Below are positions 55,104 to 64,000 of a stretch of 64,000 bases of DNA, piece after piece. The position numbers and the translations under genes are program-made. Position 1 is the first letter of the stretch. Each line of letters starts with the position of its first letter. The stretch lies in sequence record LC765218.1; one strand, 5' to 3'. The notes under the pieces are model-generated. The model was not told the origin of the DNA, ran no database searches, and saw nothing but the letters and a program-made list of their open reading frames with translations.

Positions 55104-56080
55104 TGTGTGTCTAAGCCACCGTAAGTTAAGATTGGCCAAATCAAAGCATGATTAACAGCTGTCTCTAATTCAGGTTCTTCCGATCTGTACGTTACCGGCA
55201 TTATTAAGTTAGCCGGATCAGTCGGGGAATCAGGAATATTTTTCGTCCAGTGTAATAGAGTTCTATCACTGTATTGTTGACCAGGACCAATTGATGGGAT
55301 GGATGTAAGTATAGTCCCGCTCAGTTCCCCTTGTGTGAAATGTGCAACGTTGCTATAGAAAGAGAACTTACCCGTTTTATTCGGGTTTATTTTCTGCCCT
55401 GTTACGTTACCATAAACCGTATCGATAACTCGACCGTACATTTCAGAAATAACATCGATCATATTTGCCAATGGAATAAATGTTCCATCTTTCATGTCAA
55501 GGGCTTGAGGGAATTGAACAATCCATCTATGACCACCTTTATTAACAGCTATCCAGCCTCCGTCTAGTAATGTCTTATAATTTTCATTCTCTTTATCAAC
55601 TTCATTATTATACGCTATCGGATATTCTAAGATATATTTAGATATACCGCGAATTCTATATTTATGCAAGTTGATGTTAGGCGGTGTTACTGGTGCAGGA
55701 ACAGTTATTCCGATCGCACTCCGAAGATCATCCAACGTAGGAATAATAGTCGATGAAATTTCATTGTGAGTACAATAGCCAAAATGTGCGTCACCAAACA
55801 CAGTTCTACCTAGACCAGGACCTGTGTCATTTTCACCTGAGAAACTAAATATCTTTGACCATGCTTCTTTATGATTATCCAAGGTAGTTTTAAGTCTATA
55901 TGTGTAAGTAGTAGACTCATCTAGCCCTTGATCTTGATAGCGTTCATCCGATGTTGGAACGGTAGCAATTAGAATACCTTCCCATTCGGCTAATGGTGCA
56001 TTACCTTCCGCTCTGTAGATACTTGTAAACGTTGGTTTATCCGGTAATGGATCCACCCAACGTAAATTGATGTTAATCAT
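55100..56080 (-). CDS. Putative virion structural protein (FN3-like N-domain)
   Basis: LRW..SIYRA..YQDQGL..YTYRL then DTGPG..GDAHFGY. Confidence 0.6.
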   Translation of the reverse strand: MININLRWVDPLPDKPTFTSIYRAEGNAPLAEWEGILIATVPTSDERYQDQGLDESTTYTYRLKTTLDNHKEAWSKIFSFSGENDTGPGLGRTVFGDAHFGYCTHNEISSTIIPTLDDLRSAIGITVPAPVTPPNINLHKYRIRGISKYILEYPIAYNNEVDKENENYKTLLDGGWIAVNKGGHRWIVQFPQALDMKDGTFIPLANMIDVISEMYGRVIDTVYGNVTGQKINPNKTGKFSFYSNVAHFTQGELSGTILTSIPSIGPGQQYSDRTLLHWTKNIPDSPTDPANLIMPVTYRSEEPELETAVNHALIWPILTYGGLDTQ

Positions 56081-56226
56081 TGCTCTTCCTCAACGTCTGC
56101 TCGGTCAGCAGGTAATACGGTTGTAAAAGATAAGGCAATTGGGATAATACCATCTGTCTCATTAAACAGATCAGTTATCGGAAGTAGTATTTCTCTACCG
56201 TCGATTGTTAATAATGCTTCAAACAT
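56077..56226 (-). CDS. 49-aa MFEALL peptide (not in ORF track)
   Basis: MFEALLTIDGREILLPITDLFNETDGIIPIALSFTTVLPADRADVEEEQ; ATGA-coupled to 56080. Confidence 0.6.
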   Translation of the reverse strand: MFEALLTIDGREILLPITDLFNETDGIIPIALSFTTVLPADRADVEEEQ

Positions 56227-56331
56227 AAATATCTCACTATAGTTGACGGCATACACGAAGCCATTAAAATGACTCCGCGCATGCGTACTACATATCTACT
56301 GAGAAGATACACCTTCATATCATACCGGCAT

Positions 56332-56357
56332 AAAGCCTTCCCCAACGGGAAGGCTTT
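56332..56357 (-). terminator. Stem-loop terminator
   Basis: AAAGCCTTCCC-CAAC-GGGAAGGCTTT. Confidence 0.8.
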
Positions 56358-56361
56358 TATG

Positions 56362-56538
56362 TTATTTATTTCTACGGGTTATCCGATAACCAAGTGCACC
56401 GAGATCAACTCTGAAAAACCCTTTACCTTTATTGAAACCACCACCAACTCTAACCATACGATCGCCTTTCGGCATCTCTATTTCAGTTAGTTTAAATGTA
56501 CGAGTGAAAGCTACATACTTGTGAACCAGTGTACTCAT
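56362..56538 (-). CDS. Small basic hypothetical protein
   Basis: MSTLVHKYVAFTRTF..; GAGG RBS. Confidence 0.6.
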   Translation of the reverse strand: MSTLVHKYVAFTRTFKLTEIEMPKGDRMVRVGGGFNKGKGFFRVDLGALGYRITRRNK

Positions 56539-56545
56539 AATCACC

Positions 56546-56806
56546 TCAATGTAAAACGTTCGAACCGTCATGCTTATGGCAATCGCAGGTACAGAGTTCT
56601 TGCTCAATTCCACCTATGATTACAAACGTAGCCTTAGCTACAGGTACATCATGTTTCTTAGCATGCCATACAGCTAACTCATCTGTACGTTCTTTCTGAA
56701 CGATATCGTCTACAACGCCAAATATCTTTCTTAATACATCGATGTTAAAACTACCATCACGATTGATGTAGTTCATATAGACGGCATTACAACATGCGAA
56801 AGCCAT
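56546..56806 (-). CDS. Hypothetical protein
   Basis: TAATG-coupled ORF. Confidence 0.5.
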   Translation of the reverse strand: MAFACCNAVYMNYINRDGSFNIDVLRKIFGVVDDIVQKERTDELAVWHAKKHDVPVAKATFVIIGGIEQELCTCDCHKHDGSNVLH

Positions 56807-57105
56807 TACTGTTTACTCCCTGTATAGAACAATGGACGCAAATCAGTTTGATAATACTCGTCCTTCACGTGTGTAAAGTTCTTATCAAAGCTTTCTGTTT
56901 TATAGGAAGTTCTCAATCCGTTAGGCCATACAACGAGCATATCACCAACTTCAAAGTCAGTGATCAGAGACTCGAATTCATTAGGGGTAATGGTATCACC
57001 GCCCGTCTTAACGAACCGACTAGCTATAAATCCACTCCCCCAATCAGAAGACATCCAGGCACCAGCTTCTGTGATAAGTTTTGCACGAACTAGAGTTTTA
57101 GTCAT
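56806..57105 (-). CDS. Hypothetical protein
   Basis: GGGGA RBS. Confidence 0.6.
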   Translation of the reverse strand: MTKTLVRAKLITEAGAWMSSDWGSGFIASRFVKTGGDTITPNEFESLITDFEVGDMLVVWPNGLRTSYKTESFDKNFTHVKDEYYQTDLRPLFYTGSKQ

Positions 57106-57283
57106 ATTTGTTTCCCCAGTTTACTGTTTTGTTGAGAAGAGTAGCACTTGGCTTTCTATTCCGAATTTGTCTTTTAATAGATTCGTTTAGCTCTTCCATT
57201 GTTTCTCGAACTTTAGCCAATCGTTCCTTTTGTTCATTTGTAGGAACACTACTAGCTATACCCTGCAAAGCTTTTAGTGACAC
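57098..57283 (-). CDS. Hypothetical protein
   Basis: Packed ORF. Confidence 0.5.
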   Translation of the reverse strand: MSLKALQGIASSVPTNEQKERLAKVRETMEELNESIKRQIRNRKPSATLLNKTVNWGNKYD

Positions 57284-57336
57284 GTCTTTACCCTAGATAA
57301 TGTTTAACCATAGGATCTGGTCTTTCAGTATATTCA

Positions 57337-57900
57337 TCATTGTATTTGGATTGAAGTCTCATAACCGCCAGACGTCTTGTACGACCTGAATCTTTTTGGA
57401 ACTGGTATATCGTAACGACGGCACCATTTTCTAACAGCGTTATCTGATACGCCGTATTTCTTCCCAATTTTAGTTAATGGTAAAATATGTAGATCGGCAA
57501 TGAGCTGATCTTTATCGGGTCGCTCCACTTTACGATTACCTTTACCCGTGCATTCAAGGCTACAATAATATTCTTGCTCTGTACTAAGTACAGAACCACA
57601 ACATCTACAAAGTTTAGTGGGGTACTTAGTTGGATCTATACCCATCCTCCGCATCCATGCATGTAATTTAACATGCATTGCATCGGGAAGGATTAGTAGA
57701 TTTTCTGGGTGATTATTGGACCTGTTCTCATCCAAGTGATGTACAACTTCATCGTCATATAAAGGACGACCCAATACTTCCTCGGCTACGACTCGATGTT
57801 CATAAACCCACCCCCACATATTCTTATTCTTCTTAGCTTCTGGGTGATCCGGCCTATAAAGCAAAATATATCCGTTCAGTTCTCTCGAACGCTCTTCCAT
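57337..57900 (-). CDS. HNH homing-endonuclease-like protein with C-terminal HTH
   Basis: YEHRVVAE, VVHHLDENRSNNHPENL..HVKLH; CRCC..CS.EC; LTKIGKKYGVSDNAVRKW. Confidence 0.85.
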   Translation of the reverse strand: MEERSRELNGYILLYRPDHPEAKKNKNMWGWVYEHRVVAEEVLGRPLYDDEVVHHLDENRSNNHPENLLILPDAMHVKLHAWMRRMGIDPTKYPTKLCRCCGSVLSTEQEYYCSLECTGKGNRKVERPDKDQLIADLHILPLTKIGKKYGVSDNAVRKWCRRYDIPVPKRFRSYKTSGGYETSIQIQ

Positions 57901-57935
57901 AATTCATTGCTCCAGGTTCAATCAATTATACAGCA

Positions 57936-57965
57936 TATTGCAACTGGACCCAACCAGTTGCAATA
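57936..57965. other. Perfect 12-bp hairpin between tRNA-Thr and HNH gene
   Basis: TATTGCAACTGG-ACCCAA-CCAGTTGCAATA. Confidence 0.7.
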
Positions 57966-57975
57966 CATTAGAGAC

Positions 57976-58053
<78 letters not shown>

Positions 58054-58094
58054 GAAATTTGAATTGAGTACTGGAATCTACATCACTGAATACT

Positions 58095-58121
58095 CTCGTA
58101 TACTATTAGACACGAAGTATT
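58095..58121 (-). promoter_or_regulatory. Stable-RNA-type promoter motif before tRNA-Thr
   Basis: AATACTT-N6-TAAT-N2-TATACGAG on minus strand. Confidence 0.65.
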
Positions 58122-59700
58122 ATTTTATTTCGTATTCGACTACGGGTGTTGTTTTAGATACATCACCACCAAATCGATAGACTCCATCGGATACAACTAA
58201 CATCTCTTCATACGAAGAAATAGCTGGGAAGGTATCTCCGATTAGTTCTGGCTCTTTATTAAGTTGCACCAAAGCTAATCGTGTTCCGGAGTTATTCGTC
58301 ACATAGATGTTATTACCGAATATGATTCCTCTATACGTCGAATATTTGTTGGCAGGCGCATTCAAAGGAATGACTTCAGTTGTACTAAAATCAGAACTAA
58401 TCTTTACGTAGTCCGTTGGCGAGATGTTTGTCCCACCTATTGTTAATCTACCTTGAGATGCAACGATAACTAATTCACCATTATCGTTAAATCCTAAATT
58501 ATGATGCCATAATTCAATTGGTAGAACATCAGCAATCATGCCGATTTCATATGTCGTAAGGTTAACTGTTATAATGTTCTTATGGATTTTATCACTGCGT
58601 CCAGAGAAACCACCAACAATGTACAGTATATCGTCTTTAACTATACTAGCTGTACGTTCGATGTAATATGCATCGACTAAACCTGGAATAGCAGCTAGCT
58701 TTTTAGTTTCCCATGTGTCGGTAGCTATCGTGTAAATATAAATAGTCGGACCAGTAGACAATGGGTTACCATGCAAAATCAACTTACCATTATTGTAAAC
58801 CATATTGGTTGTAGTTGTCTCGCCTTGGAACGGAACTGTAGATGGTAACTTGGTCCATGTTTTAGTATCTCGGTCTAACCGATGTAAGTCGGACATGAAC
58901 GTAGTAGGTCCTGTTGTATATCCACAGGCCATGTAAATATCGTTGTTATCCGAATCATACGCGAGTACTGGCATCCCACGTTGCGGCGGTGGATTTACAG
59001 TCGACAATACAGAGGTAATACCTTTAAGTTCCTTTGGCGGAATATATTCAAGTACCGGTCGCCATCCACGATAACTAGTAGCTTCTGTTGGCGGATGACC
59101 ATCGTAAATATAAAGGCCATTCTTTGCCTGAGGATGAGTTGTCGATGGTGAAAACTGTAGGTAATTACCATTGGTATTTCTATTAGCCGCCCAGTTATAA
59201 CTTCCGTTTCCGGCGCCTATAAGTTGTTCATCTGTGTACTTTGCCCAACTTCCTTTAGTTGTAACATTGCCAAAAATATCCCACAATTCAGAACCTTCAT
59301 TACCTTGAGTAGCGATATCCGAATAAGGATTTACTCCAGCATTCATTAGACGAACTTTAAACATGTTCCCATCGATTACAATAACTTTACTACCATCTAT
59401 TAAACCAGCCTCGTCAAGTTGGTTTGGACTAATGGAATGGAGAATAGCTGTCTTCGAATAATAAAGAATAACATTATTTCTAGATACTTTAATCCAACCA
59501 GCATCTGTATTTATAGTACCAATGGAGTCAAGCTCAACAAGTGTTCTTAACTGAGGGTAAGTTATAAACTTGTCGCTTGTCAACTCACCATACAGACCAA
59601 GTGTCGAATCACCTTGTTCAAAGGTAGATGGACCCGGTAGTTTATTTCCTGTAGCCTTAATGAGTGCAGACAATAATGATTCGAACATAATTTTATCCAT
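58120..59700 (-). CDS. Putative tail-associated protein: conserved N-domain plus kelch-like propeller
   Basis: MFESLL near start (59688); PGP..GDS.LG.YGE..FI..GWIK..FKVRL N-domain; six kelch-like blades. Confidence 0.7.
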   Translation of the reverse strand: MDKIMFESLLSALIKATGNKLPGPSTFEQGDSTLGLYGELTSDKFITYPQLRTLVELDSIGTINTDAGWIKVSRNNVILYYSKTAILHSISPNQLDEAGLIDGSKVIVIDGNMFKVRLMNAGVNPYSDIATQGNEGSELWDIFGNVTTKGSWAKYTDEQLIGAGNGSYNWAANRNTNGNYLQFSPSTTHPQAKNGLYIYDGHPPTEATSYRGWRPVLEYIPPKELKGITSVLSTVNPPPQRGMPVLAYDSDNNDIYMACGYTTGPTTFMSDLHRLDRDTKTWTKLPSTVPFQGETTTTNMVYNNGKLILHGNPLSTGPTIYIYTIATDTWETKKLAAIPGLVDAYYIERTASIVKDDILYIVGGFSGRSDKIHKNIITVNLTTYEIGMIADVLPIELWHHNLGFNDNGELVIVASQGRLTIGGTNISPTDYVKISSDFSTTEVIPLNAPANKYSTYRGIIFGNNIYVTNNSGTRLALVQLNKEPELIGDTFPAISSYEEMLVVSDGVYRFGGDVSKTTPVVEYEIK

Positions 59701-59822
59701 TGAAAAGTGACTGTTTACAGAGGGGTGGCTGTATAGAACTTCACGTTCCTACTCCCTTTCCGTCTAAGGCCTCCCCATTATAGGTACTTACCAAAAGACT
59801 AAATCATACAATTTGCAACATA

Positions 59823-59845
59823 AAGCCCGCCTTTCGGCAGGCCTT
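59823..59845 (-). terminator. Stem-loop after tRNA-Leu, GAAA loop
   Basis: AAGGCCTGCC-GAAA-GGCGGGCTT on minus strand. Confidence 0.75.
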
Positions 59846-59852
59846 ATTAAAA

Positions 59853-59938
59853 TGGTAGGAGCAGAGGGACTCGAACCCACAGTGCCTTACGACGGCTGGA
59901 CCTAAACCAGCTGGCTATACCAATTCGCCTATGCTCCC
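59853..59938 (-). tRNA. tRNA-Leu(TAG)
   Basis: GGGAGCA..GCTGG-TT-TAG-GT-CCAGC, long variable arm, GTTCGAGTC, ACCA. Confidence 0.95.
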
Positions 59939-59963
59939 ATGTAAAATAGCGCTTAACGCTAAT

Positions 59964-59992
59964 TCTTACATATAATCACTATACCAGTATTT
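59964..59992 (-). promoter_or_regulatory. 29-bp conserved element before tRNA-Leu
   Basis: AAATACTGGTATAGT-N5-TATGTAAGA; same as 62875-62903. Confidence 0.75.
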
Positions 59993-59996
59993 CTTT

Positions 59997-60935
59997 TCAC
60001 GGGTTTTCTGGATCGTAAACCCACAGGTCATTATGATAGACACCATTTGTATAACCACCAGATAAATAAATCTTACCGTTATAAACTTCCATATTGGCGT
60101 AGAACCGAGTAGGCGGCATCTTACCAGGAGGAAGAATTATATTTGACCATGTGTCAGTTTCAATATCGTAAACACTGAAAATATGATCGTTATTAATAGT
60201 GTTAGGAGTAGAACTTGTACCAGATTGACCACCGAATACATAGATCTTATTGTTAAGAGCTACGGCAGAATGTCTGTTCCTATTTACAAGACCATTCTTG
60301 TGGGGTGTCCATGTATTGTTGTCGACATTATAACTTCTGAATGTGGCAACTGACGTATTAGCTGTTTCATAGCCACCTAACGTGTAGAGGCGTCGACCAT
60401 GACTTGTTAAAGTCGCATAACGAATTTGATAAGGTGGTGTCAAGTTAGCTACTGTGAAGTTATCGGTATTATAGCTCTTAAATTCATACATAATACCTTG
60501 TGCACCGTTACCACCAAATAGGTACACCTTATTATCAATAGCTGACATGCAATGACTGTTACGTACGGCCAATCCACCATTAGAGCGTGTTACAGGTGTA
60601 ATTGTCTCACCATCAATCGTAAACTCAATCATCGTGTTTGTATCAGCAGAACCAGTGTATCCACCGAATACATAAAACTTGTTATCAACTAAACCACCAG
60701 CTGCACGTAAATTAACGTTTGCTCCTGCCGGTAGTTCTTTCCATTCGTCTGTTAAGAAATCATAGACGGATACAGTATTGAACGCGTTAGTGGTAGCACG
60801 TCTACCACCGAAGATATAAAGTTTGTCTCCTACGACAACAGAGGTTGACTGGTTTCTTCCGACGTCGGGTCCCTGTAGCTGAACCCAACCTTGCTTACTT
60901 TTATATTCCCCAATTCCTAACAATGCTTCAAACAT
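59997..60935 (-). CDS. Six-blade kelch beta-propeller protein
   Basis: MFEALLGI start; six YxFGG-type kelch repeats. Confidence 0.9.
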   Translation of the reverse strand: MFEALLGIGEYKSKQGWVQLQGPDVGRNQSTSVVVGDKLYIFGGRRATTNAFNTVSVYDFLTDEWKELPAGANVNLRAAGGLVDNKFYVFGGYTGSADTNTMIEFTIDGETITPVTRSNGGLAVRNSHCMSAIDNKVYLFGGNGAQGIMYEFKSYNTDNFTVANLTPPYQIRYATLTSHGRRLYTLGGYETANTSVATFRSYNVDNNTWTPHKNGLVNRNRHSAVALNNKIYVFGGQSGTSSTPNTINNDHIFSVYDIETDTWSNIILPPGKMPPTRFYANMEVYNGKIYLSGGYTNGVYHNDLWVYDPENP

Positions 60936-60969
60936 AACGATTACCTTTCGTCAAAATCATAACATATAA

Positions 60970-60985
60970 CCTCCCCGAAGGGAGG
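60970..60985 (-). terminator. Stem-loop terminator, UUCG on minus strand
   Basis: CCTCCC-CGAA-GGGAGG on plus strand. Confidence 0.8.
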
Positions 60986-60995
60986 CTTTATGTTT

Positions 60996-61211
60996 TTAAT
61001 CTTGATTAGCTAACCATTCTTTAAGAAGAGCAACGAAATTGACAGGCTCTTTTACAATTTGACCATTTCGACAAACTGGTACTTTTTCAATATTCGGGTC
61101 ATCCATAATTGGTCGATACCATTCCTGGAATTTCTTATTCAGGTCCCGACTAAAAATTTCCGTAATGAGTGCGCCAAGTCCATCGTCTTGGAACGGAGCG
61201 GTTTCGTACAT
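60996..61211 (-). CDS. Hypothetical protein
   Basis: GAGG RBS before ATG 61211. Confidence 0.55.
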   Translation of the reverse strand: MYETAPFQDDGLGALITEIFSRDLNKKFQEWYRPIMDDPNIEKVPVCRNGQIVKEPVNFVALLKEWLANQD

Positions 61212-61498
61212 TTTTGTTCCTCTGTAGTTATAGCAAGTTTTACAAGGGCTAGCCGGTGGGTTACCCAAGCTGTAATGAAATCTCCACGTGTAGTACAATC
61301 GTAGCTTACATGTGCTTGATATTCAGGATGGTTAATATTGAATTTATCTATGACCTTAGACCGTAGATAGTCTTCGGCTGCTTTTGTTGACATCCCTTCT
61401 ATATTTGGGAATTCTTCAATAAGTAGCTCTGACAACATTTTATTTCTTGAAGCTAGGTCTATATCAGCCTCAGTATGACATGGCATGAAAGCTGTCAT
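61139..61498 (-). CDS. Hypothetical protein
   Basis: GAGG RBS. Confidence 0.55.
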   Translation of the reverse strand: MTAFMPCHTEADIDLASRNKMLSELLIEEFPNIEGMSTKAAEDYLRSKVIDKFNINHPEYQAHVSYDCTTRGDFITAWVTHRLALVKLAITTEEQKCTKPLRSKTMDLAHSLRKFLVGT

Positions 61499-61500
61499 GG

Positions 61501-61692
61501 TTACCTCTTTACATCCTTTGACATACTGTTATATAGCCCAGTATAAAACGACATAAAACTCTCCTTATCGGAGAGTCGTATATCGGATATCAAAACCAGT
61601 CTCTTTTTGATCATGACATCCATCGTGAGGTGACAGTTAGTGGAACTGAAGAGACACCTTTCCGTATGGTCGGCCCAATCGACTTCCCTCAA
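61501..61692 (-). CDS. Hypothetical protein
   Basis: Packed ORF. Confidence 0.45.
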   Translation of the reverse strand: MREVDWADHTERCLFSSTNCHLTMDVMIKKRLVLISDIRLSDKESFMSFYTGLYNSMSKDVKR

Positions 61693-61998
61693 TCATCGGC
61701 TTACCACTATTAGCCTTTGGTTTCCAGGTGCTATAAATGGTCACATCGAAATACTACAGTCTACTGGGCCTAATGTGAGATGTTTCTACAGGCAGCTTTC
61801 GATGAAGTAACTTTGTTCGTTACATACTGTAACCAACAGAGTATTTTTTTTAATCTAACGTACAGAGTACACCGATTAAACGGAACGGGCAGGTCAAGAC
61901 CCACCAAATAGCTTCAAATACTGCACCAATTATTTCACCAACTACATTGAGGGCTTGTCGCCCTTTATGCTGTTTTTCTTTTTTGACATCGGTCATTA

Positions 61999-62169
61999 TT
62001 AACAAACCATAATTGGTACTTCAAGACCATTGCGTTCACAATGTTCTTCAAGTTTACGTTGAGCTTGGTTGAACTTAGCTAGTTCTTCAAGAGTTTTCTT
62101 TTGGTTATCAGCAAGTTGTTCTGGACTCTGACAATCGCGAATTGCTTTTATAGAAAGATTAGGAATCAT
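61999..62169 (-). CDS. 56-aa hypothetical protein (not in ORF track)
   Basis: MIPNLSIKAIRDCQSPEQL..; follows stop at 62173. Confidence 0.5.
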   Translation of the reverse strand: MIPNLSIKAIRDCQSPEQLADNQKKTLEELAKFNQAQRKLEEHCERNGLEVPIMVC

Positions 62170-62172
62170 AGG

Positions 62173-62709
62173 TCACCCGAAAGATTTACGTGCATCTGCT
62201 TCATTATCAAACAAACGACAACCCCAGATATAAGCTGCATCCAGTTCACCCCGGAAACAGTCTTTAACTTCTTTACTAGCTGTCTTCATGTAGTTATCTA
62301 CTGCATCTAAGAAAGAGTAACCTTCAGCTTTACCTACAAAGCTAGCTATACTGGATTCACCAGTAGCTCGATGACCTTCTTGCCAAATCTCATACTCTTT
62401 CTTCTTAAGTACAGTACCACGTTGTTCTTCTAAGACTTTCATTACTTGATCAAAGTCTTCATAACCCATGCGACTGAGACGAGCAATGAGACTTTGCTGT
62501 GCTTTACCATCTAACAACGTCTCATGCATCTCTTTGGTGGCTTCTAGGTACACGCCGTTTTGGAGGAGGATCAAGAAGTCATTAAACTTCATATATTCAC
62601 CACCCTCGTTATCTAAGACCATCTTAGTCTCATTGACAGTGTCCTGTGGACTCAATAGAATCTTAGGCACTGCGGGCGACCAACGTTTAATCAAACTTAA
62701 TGCTGACAT
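62173..62709 (-). CDS. Hypothetical protein
   Basis: AAGGA RBS before MSALS. Confidence 0.65.
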   Translation of the reverse strand: MSALSLIKRWSPAVPKILLSPQDTVNETKMVLDNEGGEYMKFNDFLILLQNGVYLEATKEMHETLLDGKAQQSLIARLSRMGYEDFDQVMKVLEEQRGTVLKKKEYEIWQEGHRATGESSIASFVGKAEGYSFLDAVDNYMKTASKEVKDCFRGELDAAYIWGCRLFDNEADARKSFG

Positions 62710-62739
62710 GTTATTTCCTTTTGTAATAGTTGACATAAA

Positions 62740-62759
62740 GCTCTCCCCGAAGGGAGAGC
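62740..62759 (-). terminator. Stem-loop after tRNA-Tyr, UUCG on minus strand
   Basis: GCTCTCCC-CGAA-GGGAGAGC on plus strand. Confidence 0.8.
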
Positions 62760-62771
62760 ACTATGACGCAT

Positions 62772-62860
62772 TGGTGGAGAGGACTGGACTCGAACCAGTA
62801 ATGCCCGATACGGACGGCTGATTTACAGTCAGCTGGGGTTACCAATTTTCCTATCTCTCC
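62772..62860 (-). tRNA. tRNA-Tyr(GTA)
   Basis: GGAGAGA..GCTGA-CT-GTA-AA-TCAGC, long variable arm, GTTCGAGTC, ACCA. Confidence 0.95.
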
Positions 62861-62874
62861 GAAATCTGGTATAG

Positions 62875-62903
62875 TCTTACATAGTATTACTATACCAGTA
62901 TTT
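62875..62903 (-). promoter_or_regulatory. 29-bp conserved element before tRNA-Tyr
   Basis: AAATACTGGTATAGT-N5-TATGTAAGA; also within a 10-bp IR (62866-62875/62889-62898). Confidence 0.75.
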
Positions 62904-62904
62904 A

Positions 62905-64000
62905 TTAAATTCCAAGACGATAGAACTTGTCTGTAATTGTATTATTACTGGCTCCAGTTAGACCACCGCCAACATATGCTGTGCCATTAATAAATCCACC
63001 ATAGCCATCATTCACACCGTTTGGTAGTTCTGGTAGTTTACGCCAAGTTCTCGATTGGATATTATACGCATTGGCTTTTCTACGTTTGTCTTCGTCAACA
63101 CCGCCAATGTATATAATTTCTTCATCGTTAGTCAGCATTACACCGTAACTGTTAACACCTGGCCCATCGGTAGTCGGTAGAGACTCCCATGCAAATGTAT
63201 TCATATTCATTCGATCAAATCGACCGGATTGCGAACCATTTACAAATCCACCATAGACATACATGTACTCGCCGACAACAACCGCTCTATGTGAAGATCG
63301 TTGGATACCACCTTGCGCGACTCGTTTTGACCACATGTTAGATGCAATATCGTAGACGAACAACGCGTCAGATTCATTATTCCCGCCAAGCAAATAGAGC
63401 TTACCATTATAATGAACCATCGTAGCTTGTGTTCTAAATACTGGATTAGATGAACCCGGAGAAGCGGGTGTAATAGCCGTCCAATCATTGGTCGCTACGT
63501 TATAACGCCAGAAATCCGCTGATTGGTTAGATCCACTGAATAGGTACATATGTGTATCATTTGCAGCTGCACACATATTGGCACGTGCACTCGGACTTAA
63601 ACCAGATCCAGTGAATAGACCGTTCCATGTATTAGTCTCAGGATTATATTTATTAAACGCGCCTCTATATGCACCTGTACTTGTATACCCGCCGAACATA
63701 TACAGTTCATCATCTATTACAACCGCAGTGGAACCTCGACTATCATAAGGTGCGTTTGCCATTACTTCCCATTCAGTTTTACTTGGAGGGATAGGAATAG
63801 TGAATTTATAGATAGCTGCTTTCGTTCTTTCAGGGGTGTTAAAAAGGGCATCATCGATAACAATGTCCGAACCACCGATCAGATACAGATCGCCATTCGA
63901 TGGATTTAATGCGACTGATGTCCCATGGACCTCACCAATATTCGTCTCAGTAACAACAAATTGTTTTTCGGCGATATAATAACGAACACAATGAATCTTA
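62905..64000 (-). CDS. Kelch beta-propeller protein, 5' end beyond window
   Basis: Six kelch repeats in 62905-63762; frame stays open to 64000 with another blade (DLYLIGG). Confidence 0.88.
   Translation of the reverse strand, partial: KIHCVRYYIAEKQFVVTETNIGEVHGTSVALNPSNGDLYLIGGSDIVIDDALFNTPERTKAAIYKFTIPIPPSKTEWEVMANAPYDSRGSTAVVIDDELYMFGGYTSTGAYRGAFNKYNPETNTWNGLFTGSGLSPSARANMCAAANDTHMYLFSGSNQSADFWRYNVATNDWTAITPASPGSSNPVFRTQATMVHYNGKLYLLGGNNESDALFVYDIASNMWSKRVAQGGIQRSSHRAVVVGEYMYVYGGFVNGSQSGRFDRMNMNTFAWESLPTTDGPGVNSYGVMLTNDEEIIYIGGVDEDKRRKANAYNIQSRTWRKLPELPNGVNDGYGGFINGTAYVGGGLTGASNNTITDKFYRLGI

Noticed and set aside
57901-57975. HDV-like (theta) ribozyme at tRNA 3' trailers
   Set aside because: Only simple hairpins follow the three tRNAs; no nested double pseudoknot could be built by eye

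Overview
The window is part of a jumbo phage genome, most likely phiKZ-like (Chimalliviridae). This is inferred from tightly packed short ORFs, repeated TATATTAC early-promoter motifs, a family of UUCG stem-loops and paralogous virion-type genes. Bases 1-53930 are almost all plus-strand early/accessory genes. Recognisable ones: SspB-like adaptor, macrodomain, thymidylate synthase, RlaP-type nucleotidyltransferase, RtcB, a Prs-like/Nampt-like pair (NARP1 layout), an Rnl2/DRB0094-type RNA ligase, Mesh1-like HD hydrolase, GNAT, SPFH lipoprotein, CX5R phosphatase, ART-fold protein, BCS1-like AAA+ ATPase and an Ntn-hydrolase-like protein. About 80 further ORFs have no recognisable function. Bases 53979-64000 are minus strand and hold FN3-like and kelch-propeller virion-type paralogues, three tRNAs (Thr-TGT, Leu-TAG, Tyr-GTA) and an HNH endonuclease. 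The strongest unexplained signal is a pair of structured intergenic RNA candidates (about 50929-51095 and 52170-52500), each ending in its own terminator. The larger one has the same upstream motif, at the same spacing, as the three tRNA genes. Separately, each tRNA lies directly downstream of a kelch-propeller gene, forming a repeated cassette. All family assignments come from reading motifs by eye; no database search or folding program was run.
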